64,000 bases of DNA from an uncultured virus (IMG/VR IMGVR_UViG_2687453592_000007) (IMGVR_UViG_2687453592_000007), one strand, 5' to 3'; positions 26,596-36,383 are shown, counted from the stretch's first letter. A program made the numbers and translations. Notes: a model not told the origin generated them from the sequence alone.

Positions 26596-28518
26596 TTACG
26601 CGTTCGAAAGGCGCAAAGTACGGTTCTGGTGGGTGTAGAAGTCGCCCACGGTTATCTCTGGAACGTCTAACTCAGGCGCAATCATCGACGTAGCAATAAT
26701 CATCTGGTTGGGTGATTTTGACGAAGACGATTTATTGTAAAGAAGTCTCTGGAAGTTTTTGCTTCTATCCGGCTCCATTCCTTTGTCCTCAACCGTGTCC
26801 ATCAATAGAAAACGAGGGTGAGAGAAGGATGCCTGATTGGCGGCAGCAACGGCAAACGACGCAATAAAGCTGTTGCGAAGGTAGGCCATCGAGCTCGCGG
26901 AAAAGAAAGACTCTCCATTGACGCTTATTCTATCGCCATCGAAATCGAAATCGACAGTGTCCGCATTCTTGAATGTGGACTGCCGCTCCAAGTCATTTCT
27001 CAGAAATTCCAGGACCTCGAGTTCAATATATCTTCTTGCCTTGGAAATCTGGTCGCGGTCGCGCCTCTCCGTGGTTTCGATTATTGATCGGGCGTCATCA
27101 ATCTTGCGTTGCAGTGCATCGCGCTGTCTTTGCGCCTCTTTTAATTCCGCAACAGCAGACTTGCGAGCCGCCAGCTCTTCGAGCTTCCGTTGAGCGTAGC
27201 CAACCTCCCGGTTAAGAGAACGAAGTCTTGTTCTGAGCTCCGTCGTTGGACTTCGGAGCGAGACTGTATAGTGTCTACCAGCTTGCTCCCACAGCTCAGT
27301 AACTTTAGTCAGTTGTGTCTTTAGGTCCGAAATTCGGCGCTGCCTGTCAGCCTGAAGGTCAATAGAACTTTGTCTTTGCCGAGCATACTCATTTATCAAG
27401 CGCAACGCGCGCTCCTTAACATGGCTCTGATCGGAAGCTTGCTTGCAGAGAGAGCAAGCGCCTTCAACTTCCGAGCCATGGATCGGCGCGAAGCAAGCAG
27501 GGCAGAACTCGAATTGTAGAGAGTTCAACTCATCAACGACCATCTTGGATTCATGGAGGGCATCCAGCTTCTTCGTCAACGACGCGATAAATTCAACCGA
27601 GTCGGAGGCCTCTAGCTCAAGAAAATCAAGCTCCTCTTTTATCTTTCCAATATCAGCCTGGAGGGATTTCACTCTCGCATACGTGGCTTCTTGGTCGTTC
27701 AAAGAAAGCCGGTCCTCAAATTGAGCGGAGAATACTTGCTCCTCCGTTTTTTCGATCTGGCCGTTTAGATCGTCCAGTTCTTTTTGAAGCGTCCGATATT
27801 CCTCATTTAACCAATCTTCAGTCAAAGGGTGACCTTCGCGCCCGTGAATCCTAATTAAAGTCTTAATCCGCGCGCTTACATCCTTCATCTCAGCTTCGTA
27901 GGCCTTCAAGTTTAACTTCGCGGCGTAGTACTCTTCACTAAAGGCGCCAAGAAGCAAGTGCCCTACAGTCTGCCGGGTGATCGCATCGTCAAATGGCTGG
28001 CTGCGAAATATTTTTTCGACCGAGCTAAGCTGATCGGAGTAGAGGAGCCGCAAAACTTGGTTAATTGTAATCTTTGTATTCGCTTCTCCGTATTGCACTT
28101 CTGGCAAGCCAAGAAGGCGAAACATCACCTGGGAAAAACTTTCAGATTTGCCCCTCCTGAAAGAGTATCTTTCCCACCCAGAGGCGCCACTCTTTAACGC
28201 CTCGTCACTTGGGCCAAAGAAGATGCGCATGGGTTGGGACGACTTTTGTTCAACGTCCCGCTGTAGAGTAACGTCTTTTCCGTTTAGTTTTACGCCCATT
28301 GTGACAGTGTCGCAGAGCAGCGCGGACTCTCTCCACTGGTGATCCAATAGATCGCCACCTAAGCCGAAGAAAATGAAATCCATGATTGTGGATTTGCCTG
28401 AGCTATTTTCTCCACGAATTATATTAAGTCCACTATGAAAAGTTTCCGAGAATACCGTGTTGCCACGGCGAAAAATCGACAAATCGACAACTTCTAAATT
28501 AGGGCTATACAACGTCAT
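26596..28518 (-). CDS. lmuB: SMC/Rad50-like ABC ATPase of ABC-three-component (Lamassu LmuB-like) system
   Basis: Walker A GENSSGKST, coiled coils, CPAC...CSLC zinc site, Walker B LLMD, IIATS. Confidence 0.88.
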   Translation of the reverse strand: MTLYSPNLEVVDLSIFRRGNTVFSETFHSGLNIIRGENSSGKSTIMDFIFFGLGGDLLDHQWRESALLCDTVTMGVKLNGKDVTLQRDVEQKSSQPMRIFFGPSDEALKSGASGWERYSFRRGKSESFSQVMFRLLGLPEVQYGEANTKITINQVLRLLYSDQLSSVEKIFRSQPFDDAITRQTVGHLLLGAFSEEYYAAKLNLKAYEAEMKDVSARIKTLIRIHGREGHPLTEDWLNEEYRTLQKELDDLNGQIEKTEEQVFSAQFEDRLSLNDQEATYARVKSLQADIGKIKEELDFLELEASDSVEFIASLTKKLDALHESKMVVDELNSLQFEFCPACFAPIHGSEVEGACSLCKQASDQSHVKERALRLINEYARQRQSSIDLQADRQRRISDLKTQLTKVTELWEQAGRHYTVSLRSPTTELRTRLRSLNREVGYAQRKLEELAARKSAVAELKEAQRQRDALQRKIDDARSIIETTERRDRDQISKARRYIELEVLEFLRNDLERQSTFKNADTVDFDFDGDRISVNGESFFSASSMAYLRNSFIASFAVAAANQASFSHPRFLLMDTVEDKGMEPDRSKNFQRLLYNKSSSSKSPNQMIIATSMIAPELDVPEITVGDFYTHQNRTLRLSNA

Positions 28519-29032
28519 AGCTGAACTCCCCAAGCCCGGTACGTGCAAAGAGGCCATCGCTTCCGGTTTGGCCTATTTGCGGAAGGGATACCGCCAAGAA
28601 ACTCAATAAATCTGGAGTTTTGTCGACAGCATTTTCGACGGCACGCCATAACTCAGCGGGCACGCCTGACCGCTTTAGCTTTAAGACTTCTGAGGAAACA
28701 TCCAGCAACTCAATCATATCAGCACCTGCAAGAGCACTCATCGCTGTTGACTGGATCAATTCCATTCTTTCGAAAATAACCCGGGCATTCGGAAATTGAT
28801 CGTAGCTGGTTTTTGGGTATTTTCTTACAAGGCGATTTCGTGTGCGAGCAAAGCCCTGAATATTCCGAGGTGCGCGAACGTCTGCAAGCATCCACGGAAA
28901 GCAATAAAAGAAATCGGCCACCCGCGCCGCTTTTGCGGGTATTCTGCCTTCGTCTGCGGAGGCAAGGAGAACAAGAAACCTGAAAACTGTATGGTACGGG
29001 TCGTACGCAGGTGTGTATGATATAGAAAACAC
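28505..29032 (-). CDS. lmuC: ABC-three-component middle component (LmuC-like)
   Basis: Y.PAYDPYHTVFR, DFFYCFP and C-terminal GL.ARTGL.EF.YD motifs; between CTD and ATPase genes. Confidence 0.75.
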   Translation of the reverse strand: MFSISYTPAYDPYHTVFRFLVLLASADEGRIPAKAARVADFFYCFPWMLADVRAPRNIQGFARTRNRLVRKYPKTSYDQFPNARVIFERMELIQSTAMSALAGADMIELLDVSSEVLKLKRSGVPAELWRAVENAVDKTPDLLSFLAVSLPQIGQTGSDGLFARTGLGEFSYDVV

Positions 29033-29514
29033 TAGTTCCACCTGACGTAGCATCTATCTGCAAGCCAATAAATCATTCCTCTGACGTGCGCATGGTTGAT
29101 GGTGAAGTGTTCAAATCCTGCACCCATATCATTCAAGGTGGGTTGTAGAATTTTATCCTCGATAATTTGGTCAATTTCCTGACGATCAAGAGATGAAGCG
29201 TGCGGAATGATGTTATTTTCAAACACATCATTTATGCGAGCCAGAAACAAAGCGAAAATTTTTTGCGCTGATGGATAGTGTTGCATTTTCGCCAATAGTT
29301 TCGCGAATAGTTCTTTCTTGGCCTGAGCTCCCTCGACTTGGTCGTGACGCTCTGCTGCTTCTAGTTTTGCCTCCAAGCCGATCAAACCTCCTGCGCTACG
29401 TCTATCTTGAAACATCTGGAGGTCATCAATGAAATCAGAGACATACGCGTCACCGTCGGAAATTTCCTTGTCGAGGCGCGCAAGAAGCCCAGTCACCTGC
29501 GATAACTCTGACAC
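29032..29514 (-). CDS. lmuA: ABC-three-component C-terminal-domain protein (LmuA-like) with no effector domain
   Basis: IGLEAKL..KELFAK, AQKIFA, GMIYWLADRCYVRW; in-frame stop two codons upstream of the GTG start. Confidence 0.72.
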   Translation of the reverse strand: MSELSQVTGLLARLDKEISDGDAYVSDFIDDLQMFQDRRSAGGLIGLEAKLEAAERHDQVEGAQAKKELFAKLLAKMQHYPSAQKIFALFLARINDVFENNIIPHASSLDRQEIDQIIEDKILQPTLNDMGAGFEHFTINHAHVRGMIYWLADRCYVRWN

Positions 29515-29837
29515 TGTTCACGCCCTACCGCATTTGGCGGCATCTCCGGCTGCGTGTGCTCGTCCTTGTGTTGGGTTCATAGTATCGAAGTTGCACTTTG
29601 CTTCTAGCATGTGTGTTGGTCGCAGCCGATCCCTTCGGCGTAGCCTTGTATCTTGTCTCTCACGCGATTGGGCGCTTTGTAAACTTCATATGCATGTCTG
29701 TATGTTCGTGGACCTTTACTGAGCGTCCGAGAAGCGCCACCAGCGTCCCTAGTTGAGAGCTGTTCCGTGTGTGAAGCGGAAGTCCCCTTCTCCGATTCGT
29801 CAATTGGTGATCGCAGTAGGCGGCGAATGGCCGCAAG

Positions 29838-29878
29838 CGGCAGGGAGCGCCCGAGCGGGCGCCGAGGCGCTCCGGCGC
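29838..29878 (+). repeat. 41-bp GC-rich repeat, identical copy at 58727-58767
   Basis: CGGCAGGGAGCGCCCGAGCGGGCGCCGAGGCGCTCCGGCGC read at both positions. Confidence 0.9.
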
Positions 29879-30013
29879 GAGCTCGATCTCCAGCGTGGCC
29901 ATGGGCCGCTCCTGAGTGATCGACCAGGCGTGGACATGATGGGCGCGGGCCAAGCCGGAGCATTCGCTAAGCGGCGATTGTGGATGACACTCGGTAGCTC
30001 CTATCGCTCTTCC

Positions 30014-30814
30014 CTATCGTAAACGACTCCGCTCGAGCAGATAGCGGCTTGGAGGCTTGCCGACCATCTTTCGAAACATGGTCACGAAACTGCTGGCGCT
30101 TTCATAGCCGAGATCGATGGCGACGGCCTGAACCGACTGACCAGCGCTAAGCCGCCGCAAGGCAAGCACAATATGCAACTGTCGGCGCCAGCGGCCGAAA
30201 CTCATGCCCACCTCTTCGGCCAACAGACGGCTCAGGCTGCGCTCGCTGAGCGCGACGCGGGAGGCCCACTTCGCGACGCTCGCATGATCCGCAGGCGCCG
30301 CGATCAACAGGTCGGTGAGCTTCTTCAGGCGCGGATCGCCGGGGATGGGGAGGCAGAGATCCTCGACCGGCGCCACAGCCAGCTCATCGAAGAGAACGGA
30401 CACGATCCGGCCATCCGGACCGTCGACGTCATAGAGGTCCGGCAGAGCGTTTGCCCGCATCAGCAACTCACGGAAAAAACGCGACACCGTGATCGTGCAG
30501 CAGTCTTTCGGCAGGTTCGCGGATTCGGGAGGATCAATGAAGAGAGAGAGACACTCCACCTCGCCCGAGCCGAAAACGGAATGGGGCAGCCCGCCGGGAA
30601 TCCACACGGCGCATTGCGGCGGTACGATCCAGACTGCGCCGTCGACCTCGCAATTGACGACGCCACGCACCGTGAAAAGCAGTTGCGCCTTCTGATGGTG
30701 GTGCCGGGGCGATTGCTCCAGGGCGTCAAGGGTGGCGACCGCGTTGGCTGCCACCAGCGCACGCGGGATCTCGTCGACATAGGCGAGCCAGTCGGGACGG
30801 ACGTCCAGATACAT
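30014..30814 (-). CDS. AraC-family regulator with cupin domain (NimR-like)
   Basis: HHHQKAQLL, AVWIPGG.PH, SERSLSR, LGYESASSFVTMFRK..G.PP..Y. Confidence 0.92.
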   Translation of the reverse strand: MYLDVRPDWLAYVDEIPRALVAANAVATLDALEQSPRHHHQKAQLLFTVRGVVNCEVDGAVWIVPPQCAVWIPGGLPHSVFGSGEVECLSLFIDPPESANLPKDCCTITVSRFFRELLMRANALPDLYDVDGPDGRIVSVLFDELAVAPVEDLCLPIPGDPRLKKLTDLLIAAPADHASVAKWASRVALSERSLSRLLAEEVGMSFGRWRRQLHIVLALRRLSAGQSVQAVAIDLGYESASSFVTMFRKMVGKPPSRYLLERSRLR

Positions 30815-31042
30815 CTCAGACCTCGACGTTATCAGATTAGGCCGGATTGAAACATATAGTGGCAAGGTTGCGCAATGACGCCACGTGCCGGCTGGCGTAT
30901 TGCTGTGAGGCAGAGGCGGCTGGCGGATCTTGTGATCGCGCTCCGTTACTGGAGGGGCAGAGCTGACCTGCCAGACACATATCTTTACGTTACAGCACAT
31001 TCGTTCGACCTAAAACCATCCATTCTCGCTCGGAGACAACAC

Positions 31043-31483
31043 ATGCCCTTGGATATCAAGAATTTTCCGCTTGTCTGGATGAGCTATGACGAAGCGCCGG
31101 ACCACGACCACGACGAGGATTTCGCGGCGTTAGAGGTGTGCCTTAAGCGCGGCGCACCGTTCGTGATCTTGAGCGATAATGCTCCGACCGAAGACGAAGA
31201 CCACGACCACAGCCAGGAAGAAAGGAAGCGCACTGCGCTGTGGATGAAGAAGCACAAGGCCGAACTGCGGACGCTCGTGCTGGCGATGATTGTGATTGAG
31301 CCGAGCGCCGCCAAGCGTCTGACCTTCAAGACTTTCGGCGCGGTCTTTTCTAAATTCTGGGGTTTTCCGTTGAAGATTGCAGTGACTCGCAAAGAGGCGA
31401 TGGATGTCGCCGAGAACCTGCTGTCAGAAGGCGTGAGGCCTGGGGGAAGCGCATCGCAGCGCCGATGCGCGCAGACCTCATAG
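31043..31483 (+). CDS. Hypothetical protein divergent from AraC gene
   Basis: GGAG RBS; MPLDIKNFPLVW start; His/acidic patches. Confidence 0.7.
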   Translation: MPLDIKNFPLVWMSYDEAPDHDHDEDFAALEVCLKRGAPFVILSDNAPTEDEDHDHSQEERKRTALWMKKHKAELRTLVLAMIVIEPSAAKRLTFKTFGAVFSKFWGFPLKIAVTRKEAMDVAENLLSEGVRPGGSASQRRCAQTS

Positions 31484-31624
31484 GCTCGCAGGCCAAGTGA
31501 GACGTTAGCTGCCAAACCGCAGCAATCGACAGCGAGGCGCCCTCTAGGCATTCACGCTACGTTCTGCGGATTTTTCGCGTCAGCCTAGGCAAAAAGACGC
31601 GCAAAGTCAGCGACATGCCAACTC

Positions 31625-31668
31625 TTGCAAATCCGTGTACAGGAGTTCGATTCTCCTACTCGCCTCCA
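31625..31668 (+). repeat. att junction E1/E2: 3' half of tRNA-Cys(GCA) from anticodon loop to CCA
   Basis: TTGCAAATCCGTGTACAGGAGTTCGATTCTCCTACTCGCCTCCA with T-arm and CCA; identical at 62313-62356; no 5' half. Confidence 0.92.
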
Positions 31669-31693
31669 CTACTTAGCGGTTCCGCCCCGCGCT

Positions 31694-31714
31694 CTCTCAA
31701 CACCGCTCTCAACA
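31694..31714 (+). repeat. Putative integrase arm-type sites (CTCTCAACA x2)
   Basis: Direct repeats between att core and int stop; related CAACA(TTC) units recur at ~62215-62241 on the far arm of E2. Confidence 0.45.
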
Positions 31715-31738
31715 TTCACGTTCTGGTCCCGTTCCGTT

Positions 31739-32716
31739 CTACAGCCTGCGTTCCTGGGCTTTGAGCGCACGGACCTTCTGCCTCACATGGGCGGTGTAAT
31801 GCGCAACCATCGCCATGGATTGGCCGGTGACGGATGCGATTTCCTCATCCGTCAGCCCCAAGGTGCAGAGTTCCGAAGCCGCGGTGTGGCGCAGGGCGTG
31901 AATGTCGTAGGCTTCCGCGCCAATCTCCTCCCTCACCTTCCTGACCGCCTGCGCGGCGCCCCTGTACGACCACGGGCCAGTTGCGCGTTCGTTGGTCAGG
32001 ATGAAAACGCTGCGGCGGTCGGCCGCTTCGAGCGTGGCCCGCAATGTCTTCGTAAACGGCACCCACAGGGTCTTGCCGGTCTTGTTCTGCCGGACATTGA
32101 TCCCGCCATTCTCAAGGTCGCTCCAGCGCATTTTCAGCACATCGCCGATCCGCTGCCCGGTTCCGAGGCAGAGCTCGAAGACAAGTAGCGCGCGCCCTTC
32201 CGCTGCGTCTCGATACGCCTTGACCAGATCCGCGGGCCACGGTCGACGATCTATCGTCTCGCCTTTCACCTGCTTGATGCCCTTGGCCGGGTTCTCGGAC
32301 ACCATGCCAATGTCGATGGCATGCTCCATCAGGACACGGGACACCTGAACCACGTAGTTTGCGAATCGGGCCGCGTCAGCGTTGGCATCGCGCAAGGCAA
32401 TGAAGTGCTTGCGCTGCGCCTTGACCGGATCGAGAGCGCCCCATTTCGCCTCGATCACGGAGAGCACGCGCTCGTAATCCTTGCGGGTTCGGGCCGCCAG
32501 AGAGGTGTAGCGCTCGGATCGGCGGTAGCTGTCGATCAGCCCGTTGAAGGTCCGCTTGGACGGTGCGCGGACAGGCCCCTTGAGCCGAAGCGCATATTCC
32601 GCCCAGAACGCCGGGGTCAGTTCCTGGTTCTCCATCCTGACGGTCGGCTCGCCCCGGCGCTGCCAGTAGATCGCCGTTCCCTTTCGATAGACATGCTTCG
32701 GCAAGTCACGCTTCAT
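31739..32716 (-). CDS. int: Tyrosine recombinase/phage integrase (E2)
   Basis: TGQRIGD, HALRH, GQS.AMVAHY; homologous to but clearly diverged from E1 integrase. Confidence 0.95.
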   Translation of the reverse strand: MKRDLPKHVYRKGTAIYWQRRGEPTVRMENQELTPAFWAEYALRLKGPVRAPSKRTFNGLIDSYRRSERYTSLAARTRKDYERVLSVIEAKWGALDPVKAQRKHFIALRDANADAARFANYVVQVSRVLMEHAIDIGMVSENPAKGIKQVKGETIDRRPWPADLVKAYRDAAEGRALLVFELCLGTGQRIGDVLKMRWSDLENGGINVRQNKTGKTLWVPFTKTLRATLEAADRRSVFILTNERATGPWSYRGAAQAVRKVREEIGAEAYDIHALRHTAASELCTLGLTDEEIASVTGQSMAMVAHYTAHVRQKVRALKAQERRL

Positions 32717-32883
32717 CGTCTCAGATCCATCGCTTCGAATTCGTCGATCTCGTCCTGGTCGCGAAGCAGGATCAGCTCGACCTCCCTGCCCCTCACAATG
32801 ACACGCTGCACAGTTTTCCCGCATGCCTCAACGGCAGAGACGAGGCGACGCACGCGGTCGTCGGTGCGAAGATGCTTGTTCAT
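32713..32883 (-). CDS. Putative excisionase/RDF (E2)
   Basis: 56 aa, ATGA overlap with int; resembles 1028-1204. Confidence 0.55.
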   Translation of the reverse strand: MNKHLRTDDRVRRLVSAVEACGKTVQRVIVRGREVELILLRDQDEIDEFEAMDLRR

Positions 32884-33005
32884 GGCGCGCCCTCCTCGCT
32901 CGCGAGTTTTCCCGCCGCAACGGCCCCGAAACGGCAAATGTCGCAGTATCCACGCTGCGTTGACATGTGCAGATCGAGGGTCGGAAGCTGGTGGATGTCA
33001 GACAT
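32880..33005 (-). CDS. Conserved 41-aa peptide
   Basis: Homolog of 1194-1313; stop overlaps xis start (ATGA). Confidence 0.4.
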   Translation of the reverse strand: MSDIHQLPTLDLHMSTQRGYCDICRFGAVAAGKLASEEGAP

Positions 33006-33825
33006 CGGGTTTTCCCTCCTTCATGGCGCAATCGACCAGTTCGGCGACGGCTTCGCGGAACGCCTTGTCGGCGGGCTCTTCGACCGGCTTCGGAAAGGCG
33101 TCCGAGGCACGGCAGATACCGCCGCCGCATCCCTGTCCCTCGGTCACCAGCTCGCCGCAGGCGGGACAGATCCGGGGCTCGACTGGCGGTTGCCCGGCCT
33201 CCGGATCGCCCAGCAGAAGCCGCTCCGCGCGGCGCGGGTCATTGGCCAGGCGCAGCCGCCAGCAGAGCTTGACGGCGGCCATCACGCCCGCGCGGTAGCG
33301 CAGATCCTCGCCGAGCTCGGCCTCGATCCGGTCGAGCCCCCAGCGCAGCGCGCGCTCGATGTCGAGCTTCCAGCTCCCGCCCAGCAGCGAGCTGCGGATC
33401 AGGTCGCGACCGAAGAGCCGGATCACGTCCTTGCAGTCATCGCGGATGATCAGCCGGGCCTCGGCCGGGGTCACCTCGGCATTGAACCGGCCGAAGCTGC
33501 GGGTGAGCGTGTCAGGTGTTGTTTCAGTGATGATGCGGTATTCGGCCTCGACTTCCCGCAGCCGCTCGGGCTCAACGCGGAGCCGGTCGCGTTCGGCCTC
33601 TGCCGTCTCGGCCCGGGCGCGCGCGGCGATCAGCATTTCGCGGTGGTAGCGATCCGCACTGTCGACGATGTCGCCGTCGACATAGCGGTGAAACGCGCAA
33701 TCGCGTTCGCTGTCGCCCTCAAATCGCGGGACGGTCGCATGCACCGAAAAGACGTGTCTGCCATCTGCATCATCCGGATCGGATTGGGCGGCCCAAATCT
33801 CGCGGGGCCATTGGGTCTCGGCCAT
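32998..33825 (-). CDS. Fusion of the two E1 genes 1820-2254 and 1306-1827
   Basis: N-terminus MAETQWPRE.., C-terminus GRFNAEVT...EGKPDV in one frame. Confidence 0.7.
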   Translation of the reverse strand: MAETQWPREIWAAQSDPDDADGRHVFSVHATVPRFEGDSERDCAFHRYVDGDIVDSADRYHREMLIAARARAETAEAERDRLRVEPERLREVEAEYRIITETTPDTLTRSFGRFNAEVTPAEARLIIRDDCKDVIRLFGRDLIRSSLLGGSWKLDIERALRWGLDRIEAELGEDLRYRAGVMAAVKLCWRLRLANDPRRAERLLLGDPEAGQPPVEPRICPACGELVTEGQGCGGGICRASDAFPKPVEEPADKAFREAVAELVDCAMKEGKPDV

Positions 33826-34535
33826 CACGCGGCCTCCTTTCCTGCTTGCCCGCCCCATTGGGCGGCCGCGGCGGCGGCGAGGCCCTCGAAGGTGCGGGAT
33901 CTGATCTTCCAGCGGTCGGGTCCGGGCGGGGCCCGGTGGACCGCGCTCCAGCGCTTGTGCGCCTCGGTGCCGGGCGCGGGCGGGGTCAGGCGGTTGGTGG
34001 CGCTCAGCGGCGCGAGGCCGCGCAGGTAGAGCCCGGTCGCCTTGAAGACCGGCTCGCCGAACCACCAGGGCTGCACGATCTGCGGCTTCGGCAGATCGGC
34101 CGGCAGCCGGACGCGCCCGTGCCGGTGCATCACCGGGTTCTCGACCGCGACGCGCGGGATCGGGGCACGCCAGCAGGCCGAAAACAGCGCGGCCCCCTCG
34201 TCGAGCAGCCGCCACATGATCGCGCGGCGGGTGTCCTCGGGCAGATCCGGCCAGGCGGCGCGTTCTTCCGGGCGCGCCTCGGCCGGGGCGTTGGTCGGCG
34301 GCACATGCAGCCAGCGCACGCCCGAATTGCAGAGCCGGGTGCAGGGCGGATGCATGACGGCGAGCAGGTCCCAGCCGAGGTGAAGCACCTCGCGGATATC
34401 GCAGATCATGTGCCGGTTAGTGGCATCCTCGGCCGGAAGCAGGTCGCAGGACCAGACATCATGCCCGCGCGCGGCGAAGGCCCGGCGCATCACGCCCGAG
34501 GTCTCGCAGCCGATCAGGATCCGGAGGGGGTGCAT
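33825..34535 (-). CDS. DNA cytosine-methyltransferase-like protein (E2)
   Basis: Near-identical to 2254-2967. Confidence 0.7.
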   Translation of the reverse strand: MHPLRILIGCETSGVMRRAFAARGHDVWSCDLLPAEDATNRHMICDIREVLHLGWDLLAVMHPPCTRLCNSGVRWLHVPPTNAPAEARPEERAAWPDLPEDTRRAIMWRLLDEGAALFSACWRAPIPRVAVENPVMHRHGRVRLPADLPKPQIVQPWWFGEPVFKATGLYLRGLAPLSATNRLTPPAPGTEAHKRWSAVHRAPPGPDRWKIRSRTFEGLAAAAAAQWGGQAGKEAA

Positions 34536-34795
34536 CAGTCGAAGGGACAGAGGCGGATGGCCGCCTCCATCCAGTTTTGGGCGGCCTCGGCCTCGTCGCG
34601 GCCGGTGGCGACCAGTCCGAAGAGCTGGATCTCGTAGAAGGCCACCCGGCCCGGCAGCGCCGGGATCTCGATCCCGTGACGGCGGAGCGCACCGCGGATC
34701 GCGGCGAGGCGGACCTCGGGCGATGCGCCACGCCATTCGACGACGAAGGCGGCCAGTGCGTCTGGCGGCGGGGCGATGCTGTCGAAGACGCTCAT
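34535..34795 (-). CDS. Hypothetical 86-aa protein occupying the slot of E1's early Dam gene
   Basis: Coupled at both ends; flanks homologous to E1. Confidence 0.6.
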   Translation of the reverse strand: MSVFDSIAPPPDALAAFVVEWRGASPEVRLAAIRGALRRHGIEIPALPGRVAFYEIQLFGLVATGRDEAEAAQNWMEAAIRLCPFD

Positions 34796-35019
34796 GCGGC
34801 ACCGCCTGCCCGGGCCTGCGCGGCCAGGGCGCCGAGGGTGACGGCACGTCCCTGCAGCCGCTCGGCCCGGGCGAAGGCGGCGCGGGCGAGCAGCGGCTTG
34901 CCGTCCCGCGCGTTCGATTTCGCGGCGACGCGGGCAGTGTTGGCTTGCGCGCGGGCGACGGCAGCCTCGGCCGCGAGCCGGTCGGCGATCTGCGGGGCGA
35001 TGGCGAGGATCGCGGCCAT
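34792..35019 (-). CDS. Hypothetical Ala-rich protein
   Basis: Homolog of 3806-4033. Confidence 0.55.
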   Translation of the reverse strand: MAAILAIAPQIADRLAAEAAVARAQANTARVAAKSNARDGKPLLARAAFARAERLQGRAVTLGALAAQARAGGAA

Positions 35020-35171
35020 CAGAGGCTGGCCTTCGCGATCCGGGCCAGCATGAGCCCGCCCCCGGCCGAGCCGATGAAGGCAAGGCCGATGAACAGGCCG
35101 AGCAGCGCATCGCGCCAGGTGCCGAAGCCGTAAGTTGCAGGAAGGTCTGGGATTTTGGGGATGCGGGGCAT
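35019..35171 (-). CDS. Small single-TM protein
   Basis: Same as 4033-4185. Confidence 0.55.
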   Translation of the reverse strand: MPRIPKIPDLPATYGFGTWRDALLGLFIGLAFIGSAGGGLMLARIAKASL

Positions 35172-35228
35172 GGTGTCCTCCGGGTCTGGGCATGGGATGC
35201 CCGCCCGCGCGGGGCGGGGCACCGATGC

Positions 35229-35501
35229 TCAGGTGTCGGAGCTTTCGCCGCCCTCGCCCTCGCCTTCGCCGGAGCCTTCGCCGGACGCGGCGGGGTCGCG
35301 GTCATTGCCGGTGGGGGCGGTGTAATAGACGCAGCCCGGCGCGTTGCTGCGCTGGAAGGCGTTGGTGCCTTGGATCGGGGCGAAGCAATCCGGGGCGGAG
35401 GCAGGCGACACGGCGGTCGCCTGGTCTTCCGTGGTGTCGGTTGCGGCAAGCACGGGCGCGGCCAGCAGGGCCAGTACGGCGGTGGTCAGGATGGTCTTCA
35501 T
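35229..35501 (-). CDS. Small secreted protein
   Basis: Homolog of 4243-4524. Confidence 0.7.
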   Translation of the reverse strand: MKTILTTAVLALLAAPVLAATDTTEDQATAVSPASAPDCFAPIQGTNAFQRSNAPGCVYYTAPTGNDRDPAASGEGSGEGEGEGGESSDT

Positions 35502-35538
35502 GGGATCCTCCATCGTGGGTTTCGATGGGGGCTATTTC

Positions 35539-35588
35539 ATACCTATTGGGTATATACCGGTCAAGAATAAATTATTCCTATCAGGTAT
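35539..35588. promoter_or_regulatory. E2 oL-like operators (ATWCC-N5-GGTAT x2)
   Basis: ATACCTATTGGGTAT and ATTCCTATCAGGTAT; same motif at 36075-36123. Confidence 0.65.
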
Positions 35589-35737
35589 TGTCCTGCAGGG
35601 CGATGTTCGCTTGAACGTCTCCGACCCTGCGGCGCGGGGCTTCCGCAGGGGTAGATCCTTGGAGGTAAGTGTGGCTGATTCAGCGAAAGAATTCGAAGAC
35701 CTGCTCGCGCAGATGGATAGACTGACGCTGTCTGCGT

Positions 35738-36040
35738 TTATTGATCTGACGGCACCTGAGATGCCAGAAGAGTCTGCGCCAAATCTAGCCAGCCCTGCTG
35801 GCGCTCCTTCGGAAGACTCCGAAATGCCTCTAATAGAGCGACTTCCGCGGCAGTCCGATCATCAGAAAAGAGATCGCTGAGGCTTACCCCAAGAGCCATT
35901 GCCACTTGCCTGAGGACCCGGAGTGTAACGGCATCGTTCCCGCGCTCTATCCGAGAGATAGTGGGCTGCTCAACTCCAGCGAGCTCAGCGAGATCGGCCT
36001 GAGATAACCCCTGGGAGCGTCTAATTTCAGCAATTCTCAT
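35738..36040 (-). CDS. XRE-family repressor without peptidase domain (E2)
   Basis: GLSQADLAELAGVEQPTISRIERG HTH; 100 aa; divergent from cro-like gene. Confidence 0.88.
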   Translation of the reverse strand: MRIAEIRRSQGLSQADLAELAGVEQPTISRIERGNDAVTLRVLRQVAMALGVSLSDLFSDDRTAAEVALLEAFRSLPKERQQGWLDLAQTLLASQVPSDQ

Positions 36041-36074
36041 GTTTGCATCCTACAGGCGCATCCCGGGCGGACAA

Positions 36075-36123
36075 ATTCACGAAGGGTATAATTATGCTTG
36101 CAGGGTATATACCTGATGGGTAT
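36075..36123. promoter_or_regulatory. E2 oR-like operators (three ATNCN-N5-GGTAT sites)
   Basis: ATTCACGAAGGGTAT, ATGCTTGCAGGGTAT, ATACCTGATGGGTAT between divergent regulators. Confidence 0.65.
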
Positions 36124-36134
36124 ATCCTGCCTGC

Positions 36135-36383
36135 ATGAACGCTCTAGCCTCATACCTTCAAACCCAATCCATGACACAGACCCAGTTCGCTGAGGTCATT
36201 GGGGTCAAGCAGCCGCTGGTCTCCAAATTGGTCAGAGGGGTTTCACAGCCCAGCCCGGATCTCGCCGCGAGGATCGCTCGCGAAACGCATGACCGAGTGC
36301 CCTTCTACAGCTGGCCTGCCTATGCGCCATTCAAGCCGGAAGGTGATGAAACGAACCGCTGCACGAAGGAGGCGAGATGTTGA
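36135..36383 (+). CDS. Cro-like HTH regulator (E2)
   Basis: MTQTQFAEVIGVKQPLVSKLVRG..PS..LA.RI. Confidence 0.85.
   Translation: MNALASYLQTQSMTQTQFAEVIGVKQPLVSKLVRGVSQPSPDLAARIARETHDRVPFYSWPAYAPFKPEGDETNRCTKEARC

Larger units (their letters stand above)
1..31668. mobile_element. Prophage E1 (HK97-type head, siphovirus tail tube; lacks tape measure/distal tail block); left att lies just outside the window
   Basis: Integrase at left end; immunity, replication, packaging, head, neck, tail, lysis and cargo modules in lambdoid order; ends at tRNA-Cys 3' fragment 31625-31668. Confidence 0.93.

Noticed and set aside
31625..31668. Functional tRNA-Cys gene (also 62308-62356)
   Set aside because: Only anticodon loop/stem, T-arm and 3' acceptor strand are present; upstream sequence lacks a D-arm and 5' acceptor strand. 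These are att remnants.
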